This document shows, in pieces, positions 37,328 through 47,547 of a DNA stretch of 64,000 bases. This DNA comes from a virus. The position numbers and the translations under genes were made by a program. Position 1 is the first letter of the stretch, and each line of letters begins with the position of its first letter. Location of the stretch: positions 64,001 through 128,000 of IMG/VR virus record IMGVR_UViG_3300025015_000011. The stretch is one strand, 5' to 3'. The notes below the pieces were generated by a model. That model ran no database searches. It was not told the origin of the DNA and saw nothing but the letters and a program-made list of their open reading frames with translations.

Positions 37328-39004
37328 TTACTGACCTATTAATTCTTCGAATGAGACCCCACTACGTGTTGCATTGAAGCGAAGGACTAAATTCTCTGCA
37401 GATCTTGTTGGTGAAATGTAAATATCACACCACATTTCGTTTCGGTCTATTCTCTCTGAAGTATTGACTGCTGAAGAAACATCAACCATGAAGTCATAAA
37501 TACCTCTTCTACCCTTCACGTCCTTCAAGAATGGTTCTATCATATTTTTAAGCTGTGACCTGGTGAACTCATCATTCTGCTCAAAAATCATGTACTTAGA
37601 TGCTGTTGATATAGCCTTTTCAAGGACGATGAATAATCTTCTGACGTTAACTCTGTCGAAGGCTGAAGGTTTACTTAATAAGGTTTTCTGCCCCCATATA
37701 ACTATGCCTTGAGATGGGAAAGAAACAACCGAATTGATACCTTTTGTATACAGTATGTCTCGGTATCCCTTATCAGGATTCATGGCAAGTTTCAGAACAT
37801 TTTTAAGGACCCCACGATTTAGGCCTGCTGGAGCAAACCAAGGCTCAGCGGTATAATCATTCTTGGCATATATACCAGCATGATAACCAGAACCAGGAAT
37901 CCATCTATCTTTATCATTGTACTTATCCTTAATTAAATACCACTGGGCATAAAGGGCAGCATAACTGGTATTTGGATTAAGTTCAGATTCTCTGTACTGA
38001 AGAACATTGTTTATTGCTGTTGATATATTAGCAACATTAACTATATCAGATTTAGGAACATCAAGGATACCAAAACAATCCATCCTAGTTTCACATACTG
38101 TTATAATCTTTTGTGCTACAGCAACACCTGTATTACTGCCACTTAAAAGAAGATTTACATCAAATTCTTCTGGGTTGGCAAATAAATCATAGCCAGATAT
38201 TACATCTGATTCTGTAGGAGTTCCATCTGCTCCACTTGTTAGTAACCTTTCAGCAAAGGATGCTGGTTCTCCTGACTGACCTGTGTTGTGGAAAGCAAGT
38301 AAATACTGAGATTTAGTATTTATCATTTGCTCAACATACATATTCTCAGAGAAGTTATTCTTCTTGTTCTCAGTTGTTGAAACCTTAAACTGCTCAGATA
38401 ATCCATAAGTGCCATCAGGATTCTGAACAAAAACTAGAAGCACAAATTCATCAGTGCTTGCTGGAGGATCAACTACTGTATTCTTATAACCAGAAAGAGT
38501 GGGTGAAGTGGCTATTGTGCCCCAATCAGTGTTATTAATTAAAGCAGTCTTTATTTCAGTGTTACCATATACACCTGGATACTTAGCAAATAGCTGAAGT
38601 ATTTCTCCACCACCAAAACTTGGGGTGTATTCTATACCAGATGAATTTAGAATTTCTTGTGAATTAACATACTGAATGTAATCACCTGCACCTGAAGTAG
38701 CTACTGAAGTTGTAATATCAATTTCAGCATTCTTTGCAGTTGCTTTATCTACTACCCTTACAAAATAAAGGGTATTACCAAACATAAGGTAACCAGCAGC
38801 AGTGAAGAAGTCCTCATAAGTATTTTCTGTTGGTTCTCCAAATAGTTCCGAGAAATACCTTTCATTTGTAACTAAAGTTCTTTGCCAAACTGGCCCTTTC
38901 TTTGCTGTACCTACATATCCTGCTATGCTTGTGGCAACTGCAGGTATATAAGTGCTCAGATCTCTTTCCAGGACATATTGCCCTGGGCTCAAGTAGAATC
39001 CCAT
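37328..39004 (-). CDS. gp18: Tail sheath protein gp18
   Basis: LSPGQYVLERDLS, WFAPAGLNRG, WGQKTL, AFDRVNVRRLF. Confidence 0.95.
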   Translation of the reverse strand: MGFYLSPGQYVLERDLSTYIPAVATSIAGYVGTAKKGPVWQRTLVTNERYFSELFGEPTENTYEDFFTAAGYLMFGNTLYFVRVVDKATAKNAEIDITTSVATSGAGDYIQYVNSQEILNSSGIEYTPSFGGGEILQLFAKYPGVYGNTEIKTALINNTDWGTIATSPTLSGYKNTVVDPPASTDEFVLLVFVQNPDGTYGLSEQFKVSTTENKKNNFSENMYVEQMINTKSQYLLAFHNTGQSGEPASFAERLLTSGADGTPTESDVISGYDLFANPEEFDVNLLLSGSNTGVAVAQKIITVCETRMDCFGILDVPKSDIVNVANISTAINNVLQYRESELNPNTSYAALYAQWYLIKDKYNDKDRWIPGSGYHAGIYAKNDYTAEPWFAPAGLNRGVLKNVLKLAMNPDKGYRDILYTKGINSVVSFPSQGIVIWGQKTLLSKPSAFDRVNVRRLFIVLEKAISTASKYMIFEQNDEFTRSQLKNMIEPFLKDVKGRRGIYDFMVDVSSAVNTSERIDRNEMWCDIYISPTRSAENLVLRFNATRSGVSFEELIGQ

Positions 39005-39060
39005 GTTTTCTCCTTTAAACTTTGTTGTTATTTGGAACGGTTAATAATTCATGTTACAAG

Positions 39061-39068
39061 TATTTATA
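39061..39068 (-). promoter_or_regulatory. Late promoter TATAAATA
   Basis: Upstream of gp18. Confidence 0.65.
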
Positions 39069-39669
39069 TTTTATGCCAAAGTTCATCAAGGTCTATTTTA
39101 GTATTTACTCTGATTCCATAATATTCTGTGCAGATTAACATTATTTCAGACCTTGAACGAAATCCATCTACTAAATTTTTATTGGTGTATTCACCAGATT
39201 CAACAAATTCTTCCATAGAACCATCAGGATATTCATCTTTAAGGATATCTTTAGCATAATCATTGGCATATAAGAAATCTTTAAATTCAACAAATACATC
39301 TGATATATGAGGGCTCCACCAATATGTATAACCATCTACTGGGAAGATTATATAAGGTTCTTTGCCTTTAGCATAAAATTGAGTATCCATTTCAGACCCA
39401 GTTGAAAATACTGCTTTAGCCCTTATATTAGATTCACCATACAATTTTTCAAAAGCAGCATTAAAATCTTCCTGCATTTCAGGACGGGAGTTTTTAGGCT
39501 TTCTATCAATCCTTGGTACTAATTTTATAAATTCATCTGTTTGATTAGGTATGCCTCTATAAAGATAATATTGTTTTGACTCTTTTAAGAATTGTGAACA
39601 GTCCTGTTTGATTAATTCAATAATATTCTCTTGATTTAGATCTTCTGTTAAAAATCTTTTAAAGTTCAT
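39064..39669 (-). CDS. CTS-tagged ART-fold-like paralogue
   Basis: MNFKRFLTE; LYRG; AVFSTG; SEIMLIC. Confidence 0.6.
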   Translation of the reverse strand: MNFKRFLTEDLNQENIIELIKQDCSQFLKESKQYYLYRGIPNQTDEFIKLVPRIDRKPKNSRPEMQEDFNAAFEKLYGESNIRAKAVFSTGSEMDTQFYAKGKEPYIIFPVDGYTYWWSPHISDVFVEFKDFLYANDYAKDILKDEYPDGSMEEFVESGEYTNKNLVDGFRSRSEIMLICTEYYGIRVNTKIDLDELWHKI

Positions 39670-41270
39670 TATGACCTCATTAGTTCCCTTTCAAATATTG
39701 CTATATCGCTAAAATCTTCATCTGAATAAACATCAAGAGGTTCTTCATAAACTTCTTCATCTTCTTCTTTTGTTTTAGTTCTAATATTTGTAAAATCTTC
39801 TTGGTCATAATATTGAGGAAGTGTTGTTATGTAAAGACCCCAATAAAGAGAAGTCACATAATCATCATGTTCGTTATCATCGGCCTGAAATCTACCAGGA
39901 GCTGTTTCAATGAATCTAGCAAGTTCATATATAGTATTATTATCAACAATATTAACAGCATTATCTTCGAGCATATCTTTTAATGTAGTAACAGCTCGAG
40001 ATTTTGTTTTAGTAGTGGCTCTGATACCAATATCTTTTTTACCTGTATCAACATCTACTAGGTTATCATATTCCTCTTCATTCCAAATAGTTTGAGCGGC
40101 TGCATAGCCTTCAGCATTATTTTCAATCATTATAAAGGCATTATTATACATCTTGGCGACTTTAACTACATACTTTCCAAACTTTCTTGGGTTGAGATTA
40201 TTGTCTCCAAAAACAGCAACTTGTTGAATAGGTGTTACACTAAGGTCAAGAACTTGAATAACAGAATTATCACCTTGAACACCTTTACCCACATCTACAC
40301 CAAGGACATATTTATGACCAGCTTTTGGTGTTTCATAAATATGTAGACCTTCAGGTGTGATACTTATAGGAGATTCAGAATCAAAAGCTTCTAAAGTCTT
40401 GGCATTAATTAAAGTTCTGGAACTTCCTAAGAATTCACAAAGGTACTCAGAATTGACTCGAACCTCCCCAATATCTAGTTTCATTTGTTCAAGCCAATTA
40501 TCATCTCTACCAGGAACATCTCTCCAATGGACTTTAAATGGTTTAAAAGAATTCCGCCCTTTCTCTGCCTTCTTCCAAATATTATAAAAATGGTTCATAC
40601 CATTGGGAGTACTAACCATAATAATTTTAGCTTCTTCTGAAGATGATATAGTCGGAAAAACAGAAGATATAAAATCATCTGCTATATTAATAGGAAGAAA
40701 AGCAAATTCATCACATAAACATATTCCAGAAACTGTAATACCCCTTATTGCTGAAGCACTTGATGAACAACAAGAAATATCACTTCCATTCTCTAATGAG
40801 AAAGAAGTGGCGTTCCATTCTTTAACTCCTGGTTGCATCCAGTGAGGTAAATTTTCATATAAAACTTTTGTTTTATAAAATATTTCTTTTGATATTTTCT
40901 CTTTATTTGCAAGTATAACACTTTTCTTTGAAGAATGAAAAATAGTATACCAAGTCATATAAATGGCGGAGATAGTCGATTTTCCACTCTGTCTGCCTGA
41001 GAGGATACAAGAGTGTCTGTTTTCATGTATATGATTAAGTAAATTTTTTTGGTAATCCCTCAGCTCTACTATCACTTTGCCTTTATCTGCACTTAGGATA
41101 TAAGCATAATGCTCAGCAAAGTACTGAGGGTTTTTGGCACATCTTACTAGCTCTTCAATTTGCTCTTCTGAGTATTCTGACTTTATGAAAGCTCTCTTTA
41201 AGTTGGGATTGCCTTCATATCTTGCAAATCTTGGTAATTCAGTATCAGTTAGTCTAATTATTTGTTCCAT
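39669..41270 (-). CDS. gp17: Terminase large subunit gp17
   Basis: RQSGKST, CDEFAF, STPNG, GVDVGKG, IENN, HDD. Confidence 0.95.
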   Translation of the reverse strand: MEQIIRLTDTELPRFARYEGNPNLKRAFIKSEYSEEQIEELVRCAKNPQYFAEHYAYILSADKGKVIVELRDYQKNLLNHIHENRHSCILSGRQSGKSTISAIYMTWYTIFHSSKKSVILANKEKISKEIFYKTKVLYENLPHWMQPGVKEWNATSFSLENGSDISCCSSSASAIRGITVSGICLCDEFAFLPINIADDFISSVFPTISSSEEAKIIMVSTPNGMNHFYNIWKKAEKGRNSFKPFKVHWRDVPGRDDNWLEQMKLDIGEVRVNSEYLCEFLGSSRTLINAKTLEAFDSESPISITPEGLHIYETPKAGHKYVLGVDVGKGVQGDNSVIQVLDLSVTPIQQVAVFGDNNLNPRKFGKYVVKVAKMYNNAFIMIENNAEGYAAAQTIWNEEEYDNLVDVDTGKKDIGIRATTKTKSRAVTTLKDMLEDNAVNIVDNNTIYELARFIETAPGRFQADDNEHDDYVTSLYWGLYITTLPQYYDQEDFTNIRTKTKEEDEEVYEEPLDVYSDEDFSDIAIFERELMRS

Positions 41271-41697
41271 TATTTTTGTTTAAAATTTTATCTAAAATAT
41301 CACTAGTTGAATATACATTAAGTTGGTTTGTAACATTTCTTACATTTCCATTACTATCTTTATTTAACTGTATTTCAAATTTCTTCTCTTCTGTATTTAA
41401 ACTTAATAAAATATCAGTTAATTTAGCAACAGAATCAATTAGCTTAGCTACACTTTCTGTTGCTTTTGCATCTGGGGCTGAATTATGAACATCAAGAGCA
41501 GCATCAAGAGCAGTATGAGCTTTTTCTAAAGTAGTCTTCAATTGTTTCCTTATTGCTTTTGAATCTTTAACTGTATCCTTTATATTTGCTGATGGTTTTT
41601 CTTCAGTAAATTCTATCTTGGTTGGTTCAGAAACTACCATTGCTACTTCTTCTACATTGAATACTTCATTTAATTTTCTTGTCATTATTCTACCCAC
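41254..41697 (-). CDS. gp16: Terminase small subunit gp16-like
   Basis: Helical protein directly upstream of gp17; VTNQLNVYSTSDIL. Confidence 0.7.
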   Translation of the reverse strand: MGRIMTRKLNEVFNVEEVAMVVSEPTKIEFTEEKPSANIKDTVKDSKAIRKQLKTTLEKAHTALDAALDVHNSAPDAKATESVAKLIDSVAKLTDILLSLNTEEKKFEIQLNKDSNGNVRNVTNQLNVYSTSDILDKILNKNNGTNN

Positions 41698-42449
41698 CCA
41701 TCTTCTATAACTGTATAATCATCTTGAGACCCAGATACTGAATATGTATGAGTTGCCAGTAAATCATTGCCTGATGGTGTAAGTGTTGTCATATCAAGAA
41801 GCTCAGTATAAACATTCTTAATGATATTACTCACAAGAACTGGTTTATAAATAAAACAATCACAAGTAAAGTTTAAATCCCAAGATATTTTCCTTATATC
41901 AGTTTCATCAATATCATCCATAAAATTAGGTACTGTATTTACAAGATTGATTTTTATATCCCTTGTAAGGCTTGGAATCATATCAAACTCTTGTATGGTC
42001 AATGTCTTGCACGGATTAAAGTATGGAAGTATCTGCTCAAGAATTTGATTGACTTCTGTTATATGTAAAGATATTAAAGTAACAGTAAAATCTAAAGTAT
42101 ATGCTGAAGGTCTGTAAATAGCATCAAACTGTTCTGAATTTATAGAATTTCTAAATATTTGCTGTATCTCACTTCCTTGAACTTTTACTGAAGTAGGATT
42201 CAACCCAGTAATTATCACTGCTATCTTTGGTAGATAAGTACTAAAATCCATTTGTGAAGACTTTTTAATGGATGTTATAAATTTCTGTTTCTGTCCGAAA
42301 ACTACAGGAACATTCCTATAATTAATAAGAGTACCATCAGTATCAAATTTACCAATACGAATATCAGTAAATAAAGACATGAAAGCCGTAGTGACCTTTT
42401 TAATTATATTTGGGAAATAAAATTTTCTATCGTTATCAGTATAAGACAT
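41685..42449 (-). CDS. gp15: Tail sheath stabilizer gp15
   Basis: VPVVFGQKQKF, QILEQILPYFNP. Confidence 0.88.
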   Translation of the reverse strand: MSYTDNDRKFYFPNIIKKVTTAFMSLFTDIRIGKFDTDGTLINYRNVPVVFGQKQKFITSIKKSSQMDFSTYLPKIAVIITGLNPTSVKVQGSEIQQIFRNSINSEQFDAIYRPSAYTLDFTVTLISLHITEVNQILEQILPYFNPCKTLTIQEFDMIPSLTRDIKINLVNTVPNFMDDIDETDIRKISWDLNFTCDCFIYKPVLVSNIIKNVYTELLDMTTLTPSGNDLLATHTYSVSGSQDDYTVIEDGWVE

Positions 42450-42450
42450 A

Positions 42451-44007
42451 TTAGCTTAGCCTATGAATACTCATATAAGTCACACTAGTGCCATTCACAA
42501 TGTTCTGCAGGGAAACAGCATCATGATATACGAATAATTCAATATATTGTGCAGTATCTGTTATTTCTATAATATCATTAATAGGCACATCTATTGTGGA
42601 TGAACTTACTGAAGAAATAACTCTAGATGATGCCCAGATGGTGCTTGATAACTGAAGGGCCACTATATATTGTTTATCTTGTTCTGTGCTATTAATTTGT
42701 ACTTTTCCAGAAATAGAATAAAATCCTTTAATACCTGGTTGAAATCTAAAATTAGTAACATTATCAAATTTACTAGCAGAATCAAATGTCTCACCATTCA
42801 ATTCTACTTTGGTCCATTGTGAACCACTAACAGATTGTGTTGTGGCATCTAAAAATGCTCTGCATCTTAAATAATTAAATGTTGGCTTATAAACTATAGT
42901 GGAGCCAGTACCTGAATAAATTATCTGGTCTGAATATTCTGTGTTAATATACAATTTACTATCAACTGGTAATGATATAGTTCCATCATTACCAGTTGAG
43001 TCCCATTTACCACCATCTATATTTATTTGAGCATTAACATTAGTAAAATCTAATAAAGCAGAACCTAAGGTATGTAAATGGCAATTTTTAAAATAAATAG
43101 GACTGCAATTAGCAGTACCACTAGGAGTATCAGGCCTTTTAAAGATTGCTGATGTTGAATTTTCAAACCAGCAAGAGTCAAAACCATATTCAGCTATAGT
43201 ATCATTTCCAGAATATTTTATATCAATACTATTTCCAGTAAATATAACACCTGAACAGTTAGCACTTGAGGAAGCCTTTGTTTTAATACCAGCTTCAGTA
43301 CAGCCTGCAATAGTACCTCTATTAATTTTCATTGCTTGTGCTCCAATATTAATACCTACAGCTGCTGTTTCAATTATAATATCTTCAATTACAGAATCTG
43401 CTATAGCTTGATATCCTGTAGTCGAACCTGTATCTATTGCAGTTCCTGTAATATTTTGAACAGTGACTCTTTTTATAAAAATATGAGTGGGATGAAATGC
43501 ACCAGAAGTAAAGCCCATTTTGATTCCATTAACTGCTAAAGCGTCGCCATCAAATCCCATGTCTTCTATTTCATAAAAATCACTACCTTCAAAATTAAAA
43601 AAACTATTAATAGTACTTGAGGCTTTTAAAGTTGAGCCTCTCCATATAGAATCTCTTCTACGGTGCCCAACTATTCTAAAATTAGCCTGACCAGAATATA
43701 CTATTGGTGCAGTAATCTTATAATCACCAGCAGGGAAGTAAATGGTTACTCCTCTTCCTCCAGTAGGTATTGTATTAAAAACTAATTGTAAAGCAACAGT
43801 ATCATCAGTTACACCATCACCAACAGCTCCATATGCTTTAACATCAAACCAGGGACCAGATTTTAAAATTAAATCATTAGCAGTGATTTCATCATGTGTG
43901 CCATCAATATTATGTTCAGACATCATTAAACGATTGAGCGTATCCTCTCGGGTAGGATGATTAGCACCTACCATCCGTTCTATATGTTGTATCCTTTTAT
44001 CTTCCAT
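42451..44007 (-). CDS. Beta-helix spike with C1q-like C-terminus (anchor B)
   Basis: HPTREDTLNRL anchor; DVKAYGAVGDGVTDDTVAL; YFPAGDY. Confidence 0.8.
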   Translation of the reverse strand: MEDKRIQHIERMVGANHPTREDTLNRLMMSEHNIDGTHDEITANDLILKSGPWFDVKAYGAVGDGVTDDTVALQLVFNTIPTGGRGVTIYFPAGDYKITAPIVYSGQANFRIVGHRRRDSIWRGSTLKASSTINSFFNFEGSDFYEIEDMGFDGDALAVNGIKMGFTSGAFHPTHIFIKRVTVQNITGTAIDTGSTTGYQAIADSVIEDIIIETAAVGINIGAQAMKINRGTIAGCTEAGIKTKASSSANCSGVIFTGNSIDIKYSGNDTIAEYGFDSCWFENSTSAIFKRPDTPSGTANCSPIYFKNCHLHTLGSALLDFTNVNAQINIDGGKWDSTGNDGTISLPVDSKLYINTEYSDQIIYSGTGSTIVYKPTFNYLRCRAFLDATTQSVSGSQWTKVELNGETFDSASKFDNVTNFRFQPGIKGFYSISGKVQINSTEQDKQYIVALQLSSTIWASSRVISSVSSSTIDVPINDIIEITDTAQYIELFVYHDAVSLQNIVNGTSVTYMSIHRLS

Positions 44008-44021
44008 TATATCTCATCTCC

Positions 44022-44600
44022 TTAAATGTTCCCATCTGCTAATATACCTAATGGTAAACCAGCATAAAAATATCCATACGCTGTATATTCTATAATATTG
44101 TACATTGAACCTGTTGCTAGAATTAATGTTGGATATCCAGCAAAATAATCACCATTAGCAATATAATCAACAATTACTTCTGTGGTCACATTGTCATTAT
44201 CTAATGATATTGGTATACCACCACAATATATTTTAGGACTAATTGTAAGATATTGACCTGCTTCTAATGTTATAGTATCTGGAAATTTTACTATTTCAAT
44301 TAATTTATTTGAATTACATAAAAAATATCCCGAAATATTCCAGTTCTGAAGTAAAGGATTGAAATATAATATTCTATTCAAATAAGCTGACATTTCAAGG
44401 TCATCTATTATCCAATCATATTTTGGAATAGAAATTCTTTCATATTCAGAATAAGTTAATTCATAATCAGTAAATGAAGACAAAACTTCATTTTCAGTGA
44501 GGACAGTATTAGAATACCACAAACCAAGATAGAGAGTATTCTTTGGAAAATACTCTTCTAATAATTTAATTCTAAATTCAGTATTTAATATAGTTTGCAT
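44022..44600 (-). CDS. Putative neck-associated structural protein
   Basis: Paralogous to 44600..44992 (LGLW, LSSF..YEL, EY.RI.IPK..W). Confidence 0.55.
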   Translation of the reverse strand: MQTILNTEFRIKLLEEYFPKNTLYLGLWYSNTVLTENEVLSSFTDYELTYSEYERISIPKYDWIIDDLEMSAYLNRILYFNPLLQNWNISGYFLCNSNKLIEIVKFPDTITLEAGQYLTISPKIYCGGIPISLDNDNVTTEVIVDYIANGDYFAGYPTLILATGSMYNIIEYTAYGYFYAGLPLGILADGNI

Positions 44601-44992
44601 TAAACCATCTTAATCTTTGGTTGGATTGTCAAAACTGCTATTCCTTTTGTCAAAATTTGAGAAGAATCATATTGAGTTATACTTAAAAGAATTCCTGAAT
44701 TATCATAACTTGAGGAAATAAAATACCCATATATATCAGTCCAATCTTGATATATGGGAGAAAAGGTAATATCACTGGCAGTATAAATTAAATCATCTCC
44801 AAGTACCCAAGTTCCCTTTGGTATAACAATTCTTTTATATTCCTTTAAATTCTTCAATTCATAAAAATTAAATGAACTTAAAGTAAAATTATTCTCTCTT
44901 ATCTTGCCTGTACTTGTCCAAAGACCTAACCACAAGTCATAGGTATTCAGATAATTCTCTAATATTTCTTTTTTACCTTCATTTATCAACAT
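44600..44992 (-). CDS. Putative neck-associated structural protein
   Basis: Paralogous to 44022..44600. Confidence 0.55.
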   Translation of the reverse strand: MLINEGKKEILENYLNTYDLWLGLWTSTGKIRENNFTLSSFNFYELKNLKEYKRIVIPKGTWVLGDDLIYTASDITFSPIYQDWTDIYGYFISSSYDNSGILLSITQYDSSQILTKGIAVLTIQPKIKMV

Positions 44993-45567
44993 TATTCAAA
45001 TGCTCCAAAAATTGACTCATCACCTATTTTTTCCACTACTATACCACTGACTGCTTGTGATATAGCACTGTTATCATTTATGTTATCTGTAATATTTTCA
45101 TAATTAGTTATGGTGTTCAATGTATTGAGAAATTCCTCTCCAGAAATATCTGCTGCTTTTAATTTAATTTCCCACACAAATTTCTTTTGAAGGAATATAG
45201 CATTCTCTTTATCTATATCTGTAACGATGAATAACCGTGACATATAATCAACCCAAACATAATCACCAGCCTTTGGGTCTACACCAACAGAATCTGAAAA
45301 TTCTTTAACATCAATACTTATTGAAAGAATATCATTTGAACCTAAACCAAAACGAGTCAAAATCCAGTCTTCTTGGATTGTCTCTGTGTATGCTTTTAAT
45401 TTATATTCTGCTTCAATTAAAGGTTTAGAATCTTCACTATAGATAGGTTCTTTACTTTCATTAAAACTAGTAATATAGTATTTAATGTTAATCCCAAAGA
45501 TTTGAATTGCTTCTCTGGTGACAGCTTCAAAAAGAGCTCTATCTGGGTTATTAGTGAAGTTAAACAT
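44992..45567 (-). CDS. gp14: Neck protein gp14
   Basis: EAIQIFG, YSED, LTRFGL, PKAGDYV. Confidence 0.85.
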   Translation of the reverse strand: MFNFTNNPDRALFEAVTREAIQIFGINIKYYITSFNESKEPIYSEDSKPLIEAEYKLKAYTETIQEDWILTRFGLGSNDILSISIDVKEFSDSVGVDPKAGDYVWVDYMSRLFIVTDIDKENAIFLQKKFVWEIKLKAADISGEEFLNTLNTITNYENITDNINDNSAISQAVSGIVVEKIGDESIFGAFE

Positions 45568-45598
45568 TATTTCCTTTTAAATATTTATGATGAATGTA

Positions 45599-46336
45599 CT
45601 ATCCAATTAGAAATCCAAGGGGTTCTGACTCATAATTTATCATTTCATTCATCCAATATTCTCTTTCTTGTATACCTTCATTCTTTAAAGAATCCCCATT
45701 TAAAGTTCCACCTCCAGGAAGAGGTATACCATTATACTTGCCCCAAATTGTACCAAGGACTATTTTAGTATAAGCAAGAGCTAAATTCTTAACTACTGGT
45801 TCATCAAATATAGTTGTTTTAACATTATGTTCCCAGAAAGAATAAACAGTTAAGATACCAGTTAAGGCCTTTGTTGGTTTAGGTGTTAGTTTTAATTCTC
45901 TCGTATATTTGTTATAATTGACAAAGAACCTTGCTGCTAATTTATCTTTCATCAATTCAATATATTCTTGAGCTAATTCCCATGTAACCATTTCCATAGG
46001 AGCATGACCTGCAAGCATGCCTTCATTGTAAAGTATATTCTCTACTGTAAATAATTGAGTAATTGAACCACCAAAAGAATAGGAAGTATCAAAATCTATT
46101 ATGCTAGCAACATTTTCATTTAAAGTATAAGTATCTATACCAGGAGCTAAATCTATAATAAGAGCATTTTGGTAAGTTACACCACCAGAATATCTCTGAA
46201 ACCATTGAATAGCATCATTGATATTATCTAAGATGACAGAATCATCTATCTCCAGGTTAATCGTAGGATAGCCTAATTTCCTTTTAATCCAAGAGCATAG
46301 TTTGATACTACTATCAATCTCTGTCCTTATTGACAT
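45599..46336 (-). CDS. gp13: Neck protein gp13
   Basis: KRKLGYPTINLE, WGKYNGIPLPGGGTLNG. Confidence 0.92.
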   Translation of the reverse strand: MSIRTEIDSSIKLCSWIKRKLGYPTINLEIDDSVILDNINDAIQWFQRYSGGVTYQNALIIDLAPGIDTYTLNENVASIIDFDTSYSFGGSITQLFTVENILYNEGMLAGHAPMEMVTWELAQEYIELMKDKLAARFFVNYNKYTRELKLTPKPTKALTGILTVYSFWEHNVKTTIFDEPVVKNLALAYTKIVLGTIWGKYNGIPLPGGGTLNGDSLKNEGIQEREYWMNEMINYESEPLGFLIG

Positions 46337-46611
46337 TTTTCTTCCTCTAGTTTTTGTATAAATTTAAATCCATCAACTTTATTTTTTATTGATTTATGAA
46401 TTAAATAAGCAGTAATGTTTTCTTTTTGAACAGCATCTTTTATACAACCATAAGCATTACCATTAACTAATACTTTTATAGCTTTACCATGACCTGGCCC
46501 TTTATTTGCATCACTAATCTTTTTTCTAACTTCAGGTCTTTTATTAGGATTTTTCTCACTTTTCATTATTTTACTTAATTTTTCACGAGTTATTTCTGTT
46601 CTTACACCCAT
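46327..46611 (-). CDS. NUMOD3-containing homing-endonuclease remnant (no nuclease domain)
   Basis: EKNPNKRPEVRKKISDANKG, then V.VNG..Y..I.DA. Confidence 0.6.
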   Translation of the reverse strand: MGVRTEITREKLSKIMKSEKNPNKRPEVRKKISDANKGPGHGKAIKVLVNGNAYGCIKDAVQKENITAYLIHKSIKNKVDGFKFIQKLEEEKCQ

Positions 46612-46613
46612 TA

Positions 46614-46925
46614 TTAATCCTTTTTATAGATAGAGTCTAATTTCTGCTCTAACACTTCTTTTTCTTTGAGAGACCTTCTATACTCAGCTTTCATCTCAGA
46701 TGGCATTGTTTTATTTTGATATCTATCCTCAATGCTCCAAATTCTATTTTGTAAATGAGTTATATTATCTTCAAGTATTTTAATGTCAAGGCGCTTTTCA
46801 ATCATTTTGACTTCTTCTGCATGAGCATACTTCAAGTCAAGAAAAGAATAAGCACCCCAGGTAATACCAATTATGGTTGCTAATGTTCCTAGAACTCCAA
46901 TAGCTTGTTTCCAATATTTAGACAT
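46614..46925 (-). CDS. Membrane protein with coiled coil
   Basis: N-terminal TM segment. Confidence 0.55.
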   Translation of the reverse strand: MSKYWKQAIGVLGTLATIIGITWGAYSFLDLKYAHAEEVKMIEKRLDIKILEDNITHLQNRIWSIEDRYQNKTMPSEMKAEYRRSLKEKEVLEQKLDSIYKKD

Positions 46926-47396
46926 TTACTTACCCTTTAAGAATTGTAACATCTCATTCGTATCGACTTCAGGGACGTCATTTGGTTTAAATTCTAAATC
47001 AGCTTTAGTTGGCCAATACTCTTTAGGAAAGTAATTTTTATCAGCCAAGGACTTACTATCAAGGTCTACTTTCCTTATATAAAGGGCTTGTGGATTTGCT
47101 TTGGCTAAATTGATTAATAATTCGACTACCTCACCAGTGACAGGTTGACCAGCTGGGATGAGAACAAATCTACCAGTGTAATCTATTACTTCAAAATTGC
47201 TAGCATTATCCTTTTCAAATTCCTTCTGAACCTTTTCTGGGGTTAAGAATTCAGCACCAGGTCCTGGCTTCATAGAAGTCTTTTCTCTTGATTTCTGCCC
47301 TACTTGACTTATTAACTGATTTAACCTGGATTTAATTTTTGAATTAAGCCCTGATTTTTGAACTGTTACTGATATTGATTTGAGTGTATCTGTCAT
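46926..47396 (-). CDS. Hypothetical late protein
   Basis: SD AAGGAG; late promoter upstream. Confidence 0.6.
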   Translation of the reverse strand: MTDTLKSISVTVQKSGLNSKIKSRLNQLISQVGQKSREKTSMKPGPGAEFLTPEKVQKEFEKDNASNFEVIDYTGRFVLIPAGQPVTGEVVELLINLAKANPQALYIRKVDLDSKSLADKNYFPKEYWPTKADLEFKPNDVPEVDTNEMLQFLKGK

Positions 47397-47429
47397 GTTA
47401 AACTCCTTAGTTATTTAACCTCTTGCAAA

Positions 47430-47437
47430 TATTTATA
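47430..47437 (-). promoter_or_regulatory. Late promoter TATAAATA
   Basis: Heads the neck operon. Confidence 0.65.
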
Positions 47438-47491
47438 ATTCTATGCCATAATAATGATAGAAATTGAACATTTTGAGGAAGAATAATGTTC

Positions 47492-47520
47492 TTGACAAAC
47501 AATTCTTCTTGTATTATAAT
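47492..47520 (+). promoter_or_regulatory. Sigma70 consensus early promoter
   Basis: TTGACA-N17-TATAAT, exact consensus. Confidence 0.8.
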
Positions 47521-47547
47521 GTATATAAATAAATTGATAAAGGAGAA

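Noticed and set aside
39669-41270. Intein or intron in the terminase
   Set aside because: 533 aa uninterrupted; no splicing motifs seen.
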